Assembly: GCA_016839515.1 (NCBI GenBank)
Contig: JAEOUE010000168.1
Coordinates: 1 to 30,833, forward strand
Length of the DNA: 30,833 nucleotides
From: Candidatus Hodarchaeum mangrovi
GTDB lineage: Archaea; Asgardarchaeota; Heimdallarchaeia; Hodarchaeales; Hodarchaeaceae
Reading direction: 5' to 3'
Positions 26,217 to 30,833 of this stretch are shown piece after piece (the first letter of the stretch is position 1; each line of letters begins with the position of its first letter). The translations under genes were made by a program, and so were the position numbers. The notes beneath the pieces were generated by a model, which saw only the letters and a list, made by a program, of their open reading frames with translations, made no database searches and was not told the DNA's origin.

Positions 26217-28676
26217 ATGATAAACCCAATTTTGTTAGATAATTTTCAATTTACCTTGGTTGATCCTTCAGAATTGGATGAAATACAAACCAGAGTTTCA
26301 AATATTAGATCAAAAAATGATATTACTAAATTATCGTTGAATTTCAAACCATTTAAAGTTCCTGGGACGTTACAATCAAACTTGGCTTCAATAGAAAAAT
26401 TAAATCCTTTTTATGAAAAAAATATGAAATTTTTTGACGTATTTGAACAAAAAACCCTCTTATTAATCTCCGACCTTCCACCATTAGATGAGTTTAAGAA
26501 TTACATCCTAAAATTTGAATGGATTGATACAACAGCAGATATTTATCTAAATGGAAATTTGATTGGTTCCTCAAACAACGCTTTCCAACGAAAAGAAATT
26601 TTATTAGAAAAAACTATCCTCAAAGACTCAAACGTTCTCATTTTGATCCTATATCCCCATATGAATTATGTTGATCAAGAATCTGATATTCCCCAAATAA
26701 ACCCGATAGATAGAGTTTTCGTTCGTCGTCCTGCATATAATTATGGTTGGGATTTTAGTACTCGGGCCTTATTACTAGGAATCGGTAGAGTAAATATCGA
26801 AGAGGAAGTGAAATTCAATATTGAAGATATTTTTATCTATACTTCTAATTTAACCTCCACAGAAGCTCAAATTGAGATAGAATGGACATGTAGGTCTCAA
26901 TCTCCCTTTAATGCTCTATACTCAATTGGAATTTTCTTTAAAGATAATAGTATAACAAAAGAGTTGATACAGGAGCTTCAAATAGGAAAAAATACTACTA
27001 AAACGCAAATAATCGTGAAAAATCCTGAAATATGGTGGCCCAACGGATATGGAAGCCCGAATACTTATTCCATTATGATCAGGGAGAAAACCACAAATAC
27101 GATAAAGAGTAGCAAATTTGGGATCAGAACCATAGAATTAGTTTTAGAAGAAGGATCTAAATCAGTTTTTTATTTTAAAGTCAATGGAAAACGGATATGG
27201 GCTCGAGGTGCAAATTGGGTACCAACTGATATACTACAGAATTTTAGCGAAGATAAAAAATACCAAACATTATTAAATCTTGCAAAAGATGGTAATTTCA
27301 ATATGTTACGAATATGGGGGGGTGGAGTAGTCGAAAAAGACAATTTTTACGACCTCTGTGATGAACTTGGTTTAATGCTTTGGCATGATTTTAATTTTGC
27401 CTGTTCTATTTATCCCGAAACAGAAGATTTTCTAATAAATGTAAATGGTGAAATTAGAGAGGTTATTCAACGTCTACGAAATCATCCCTCAATTATTCTA
27501 TGGAATGGGAATAATGAGAATGAATGGATAGATTTCCAACATTTAACTCCTAGTTATAGGGAATTAAGGCAAATTGGGGTAAAACTACATAAAATCAAAG
27601 CACAAGCGTGTTCTGACTTAGATCCGAGCCGACCCTATTGGCGAACAAGTCCATGGAGTCCCTCTGCTGAGACAAATTATGAAATAGATCCCAATTCTCC
27701 AAACGAAGGCAATAGACATAACTGGGAAGTTTGGCATGGAGTAGGACAAGACAGATTTGTTCCTCCAGAGTATGAGCATTATTATAACGAGCAGGGAAAA
27801 TTTATAACAGAATATGGAATTCAAAGTTTACCCTCTGAGCAGACAATAGAAAAAATTTTTTCTGAAGAAACTAAAAAAAAGCCAAATGAAATATGGGAGT
27901 TTCACAATTGTGATTTGAATAAGTTAGATATCAATCTGAGGAAATTTGGGAAACCATCTGATATTAAAGAATGGATATTGTACTCACAGATAGCTCAAGC
28001 CTCTGCAATGAAATTTGCAATCGATACATGGAGATCGCGGAAATGGAATATTGGAGGATGCTTGATCTGGCAATATAATGAACCTTGGCCAACAATTTGT
28101 TGGTCCCTTATAGATTATTATAATTTCCCCAAAATTTCTTATTGGTTTGTAAAACGAGCGTATGCACCTTTATTACCTATATTTGACCCAAAAAAAGAGC
28201 AAATTGTTGTAATTAATGATACTTTTCATTTAACGATGGGATCACTTCGAATAGTTGAGCTTCGATTTCCAGATGTTATTCTTAAATCTACAAAAACAGA
28301 GATTTTAATTGAACCAAATTCCAAAGCTGTTAAATCCTATATAATTGACCCTAATTCCGAATTAATCTATTTAGAATTTATTTCAACTAAACAGAAAGTA
28401 ACCAATTACTGTTTACTTAAAGACCCAAAGGAATTAGAAATTCCTAACCCGTTAATAAACTTGAAAATAGGAAAAAATCCTTACGAGCTCATTTTACTTT
28501 CAGATAAAATCGCATTTGTTACAAAAATCGATTTTACTTTAAATTTAAAGGATAATTTCGTGCTAATAATACCTAACGAACCATGTTCAATTGAGGCAAC
28601 AAGTCCTATTAAACGAAGCGAAATTAAAATTTCTGTCTGGATACATCCAGAAAAAATCATCCAACCCCAGAAATAA
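26217..28676 (+). CDS. Glycoside hydrolase family 2 beta-mannosidase (cytoplasmic)
   Basis: 819 aa; IDTTADIYLNG, YGWDF, WWPNGYG, RGANWVP, NMLRIWGGG, WHDFNFAC, WNGNNE (acid/base), TEYG (nucleophile), WQYNEPWP; no signal peptide. Confidence 0.92.
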   Translation: MINPILLDNFQFTLVDPSELDEIQTRVSNIRSKNDITKLSLNFKPFKVPGTLQSNLASIEKLNPFYEKNMKFFDVFEQKTLLLISDLPPLDEFKNYILKFEWIDTTADIYLNGNLIGSSNNAFQRKEILLEKTILKDSNVLILILYPHMNYVDQESDIPQINPIDRVFVRRPAYNYGWDFSTRALLLGIGRVNIEEEVKFNIEDIFIYTSNLTSTEAQIEIEWTCRSQSPFNALYSIGIFFKDNSITKELIQELQIGKNTTKTQIIVKNPEIWWPNGYGSPNTYSIMIREKTTNTIKSSKFGIRTIELVLEEGSKSVFYFKVNGKRIWARGANWVPTDILQNFSEDKKYQTLLNLAKDGNFNMLRIWGGGVVEKDNFYDLCDELGLMLWHDFNFACSIYPETEDFLINVNGEIREVIQRLRNHPSIILWNGNNENEWIDFQHLTPSYRELRQIGVKLHKIKAQACSDLDPSRPYWRTSPWSPSAETNYEIDPNSPNEGNRHNWEVWHGVGQDRFVPPEYEHYYNEQGKFITEYGIQSLPSEQTIEKIFSEETKKKPNEIWEFHNCDLNKLDINLRKFGKPSDIKEWILYSQIAQASAMKFAIDTWRSRKWNIGGCLIWQYNEPWPTICWSLIDYYNFPKISYWFVKRAYAPLLPIFDPKKEQIVVINDTFHLTMGSLRIVELRFPDVILKSTKTEILIEPNSKAVKSYIIDPNSELIYLEFISTKQKVTNYCLLKDPKELEIPNPLINLKIGKNPYELILLSDKIAFVTKIDFTLNLKDNFVLIIPNEPCSIEATSPIKRSEIKISVWIHPEKIIQPQK

Positions 28677-28687
28677 AGCCATGGGGA

Positions 28688-30833
28688 ATGAAAAAAATGC
28701 TTGAATTGATGAATTATTGGACTAAAAATGTGGAAAACCTAATCAGTCTTCTGAAATCAGATTATAATGGTTTAAGTCAAGAAGAGGCCATTAAGAGGAT
28801 AAATGAATATGGACCCAATATTTTGAAACCAAGTAGGAGGATAAATACTTTTTCTGCTCTTTTGAACCAATTTAAAAGTCCTATCATCATTCTTTTATTA
28901 TTTTCAGCATTTCTTGCCTTTTTAACCGGAGACCAGGTCGATGGAACTATTATTTCTTTAATAGTTCTTGTTAGTAGTTTGTTGGGCTTTTGGCAGGAAA
29001 GGATGGCTACTAATGCGATAGAGAAACTGATTTCAATAATTCACGTACAAACCGCTGTTATACGTGATGGTAATCAAGTATCTATTTCTATTGAACAAGT
29101 TGTTCCTGGCGATATAATAATATTAACAGCAGGTGATATAATTCCTGCTGATTCAAGATTAATAGAAGTAAATCAATTATTTGTCAATGAAGCATCTCTA
29201 ACTGGTGAAACATTTCCTGTAGAGAAGAATATTGATATTTTGAATGAAAATACTTCATTTTCAAAAAGAATAAATTTGTTATTCATGGGAACTCATGTAA
29301 TTAGCGGCACAGGAAAAGCAATTGTCGTTCATACAGGTCAAAAAACAGAATTTGGAAAGATTTCGGCAAGAATAAAATCAAAACCTCCAATTCCAGAATT
29401 TGAGCGAGGTATTCGCCATTTTGGATTAGTGTTGTTAGAAATAGTATTGTTAATTACAATAACAATCTTTGGTATCAATGTTTATCTTAATCGTCCAGTC
29501 TTAGATTCTTTCTTATTCGCGCTTTCATTAGCAGTTGGTCTTACTCCTCAATTATTACCAGCTATAATAATGGTTAATCTATCTCGAGGAGCTAAAAAAA
29601 TGGCTGATGAGAGAGTAATTGTCAAAAAACTTTCATCAATTGAAAATTTTGGAAGTATGAATATTCTTTGTTCCGACAAAACTGGAACTCTCACACAAGG
29701 AATCATGAAAATTCATTCAACAAAAAATATTGAAAATAATGCTTACAAAAAAATCCTAGATTATGCATATCTTAATGCATTTTATCAAACTGGATTCCAA
29801 AATCCCATAGATGACGCTATTTGCTCTTCATACGCACTCTCTGATCATGAATTTATCAAATTAGATGAAATTCCTTATGATTTTATAAGAAAAAGAATTA
29901 GTATCTTATTCTCAAATACCAATACAAATTTGATAATAACGAAAGGAGCTATTCCAAAAATTATTGAGATAAGTAATTTTATTGAAAAATCTGATGGAAC
30001 TATAATTGAGATTGCCAATTTTAAAGAATCAATCAATTCAATGTTATCAGAATATAGTGTTCAAGGATTTAGATGTATTGGGGTTGCGTATAAAGATGTA
30101 GGAACGTTAAATAAAATGAAACGAGAAGATGAGACCAATTTTATTTTTTTAGGTTTTCTTCTTCTCATTGATCCTCCTAAAGAAGAGGTTCCTAAAGTAA
30201 TACACGATTTGCAATCTCTAGGGATTACACTAAAAATTATTACGGGTGATAATCAATATATCGCTAAAACAATTGCAAAAAACGTTGGTTTAGAATATCC
30301 CAGCCTTCTAACAGGAGATCAGATTCAAAAAATGAGTGATGAAGCGTTGACGCTTCAAACAAGACAAATTAATATTTTTGCTGAAATTGAACCAAACCAA
30401 AAGGAAAGAATAATTCTAGCATTAAGAAGAGGGGGAAATGTTGTTGGTTATATGGGAGATGGAATTAATGATGCTTCAGCGTTACATGCAGCTGATGTAG
30501 GTATATCAGTGGATTCTGCAGTAGATGTAGCAAAAGAAGCATCTGAAATAATTCTCTTGGAGAAAAACCTTGAGGTCCTTCTAAATGGTATAAATGAAGG
30601 CAGAAAAACATTTGCGAATAGTTTGAAATATGTTCTAATCACAATTAGTGCGAATTTTGGAAATATGATTTCTATGGCTCTAGCATCCCTATTTCTTCCT
30701 TTTTTACCATTACTCCCAACACAGATCCTTTTAATTAATTTTATGACCGATTTCCCTTCAATGACTATTGCAACAGATGAAGTAGACTCTGAAATGATAC
30801 AAACTCCTAAAAGATGGAATATGAGAGATATTA
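28688..30833 (+). CDS. mgtA: P-type ATPase, Mg2+-translocating (P3B, MgtA-like), 3'-truncated by the window edge
   Basis: Not in the ORF track. Open from ATG 28688 (alternatives 28697 and 28709): GLSQEEA...YGPN, EASLTGETFPVEK, AVGLTPQLLP, CSDKTGTLT (Asp codon at 29675), DPPK, ITGD, GDGINDA, SANFGNM. Confidence 0.88.
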   Translation, partial: MKKMLELMNYWTKNVENLISLLKSDYNGLSQEEAIKRINEYGPNILKPSRRINTFSALLNQFKSPIIILLLFSAFLAFLTGDQVDGTIISLIVLVSSLLGFWQERMATNAIEKLISIIHVQTAVIRDGNQVSISIEQVVPGDIIILTAGDIIPADSRLIEVNQLFVNEASLTGETFPVEKNIDILNENTSFSKRINLLFMGTHVISGTGKAIVVHTGQKTEFGKISARIKSKPPIPEFERGIRHFGLVLLEIVLLITITIFGINVYLNRPVLDSFLFALSLAVGLTPQLLPAIIMVNLSRGAKKMADERVIVKKLSSIENFGSMNILCSDKTGTLTQGIMKIHSTKNIENNAYKKILDYAYLNAFYQTGFQNPIDDAICSSYALSDHEFIKLDEIPYDFIRKRISILFSNTNTNLIITKGAIPKIIEISNFIEKSDGTIIEIANFKESINSMLSEYSVQGFRCIGVAYKDVGTLNKMKREDETNFIFLGFLLLIDPPKEEVPKVIHDLQSLGITLKIITGDNQYIAKTIAKNVGLEYPSLLTGDQIQKMSDEALTLQTRQINIFAEIEPNQKERIILALRRGGNVVGYMGDGINDASALHAADVGISVDSAVDVAKEASEIILLEKNLEVLLNGINEGRKTFANSLKYVLITISANFGNMISMALASLFLPFLPLLPTQILLINFMTDFPSMTIATDEVDSEMIQTPKRWNMRDI

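Noticed and set aside
28681-28704. Tiny ORF (MGNEKNA) overlapping the mgtA start, possible MgtL-like leader peptide
   Set aside because: Seven codons with no Pro codons and no leader structure; expected by chance.

Overview
AT-rich, gene-dense prokaryotic DNA that looks archaeal: GGTGA/GGAG ribosome-binding sites, BRE/TATA-like boxes, oligo-T terminators and C-terminally anchored surface proteins with an Ig-like domain. An Asgard-type archaeon is my inference, not proven. About 28.7 kb appears to form one carbohydrate or glycopeptide utilisation locus built around an uncharacterised membrane machine. Its parts are a 1472-aa protein fusing a catalytically degenerate PA/M28 peptidase-like ectodomain to an FtsX/MacB permease, a minimal 200-aa FtsX permease, two tandem MacB/LolD-type ABC ATPases, two distantly paralogous OPT-like polytopic membrane proteins (one DUF6785-like), a 4-Cys protein, a stand-alone PqqD/RRE protein with no RiPP enzymes in the window, and a conserved-looking hypothetical. 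Interleaved are three paralogues of an unassigned putative (alpha/alpha)6 enzyme family (motifs DSWYF, YIP[YF]ED, G[KR]EIYG[AS]GE) with three different predicted localisations, two DUF4861-like secreted proteins, a GH4 glycosidase, a GH2 beta-mannosidase and a Zn-dependent sugar/polyol dehydrogenase. The window ends in a truncated MgtA-like P-type ATPase. I saw no rRNA, tRNA, CRISPR array or mobile element. All family calls come from motif recognition by eye, with no database searches.
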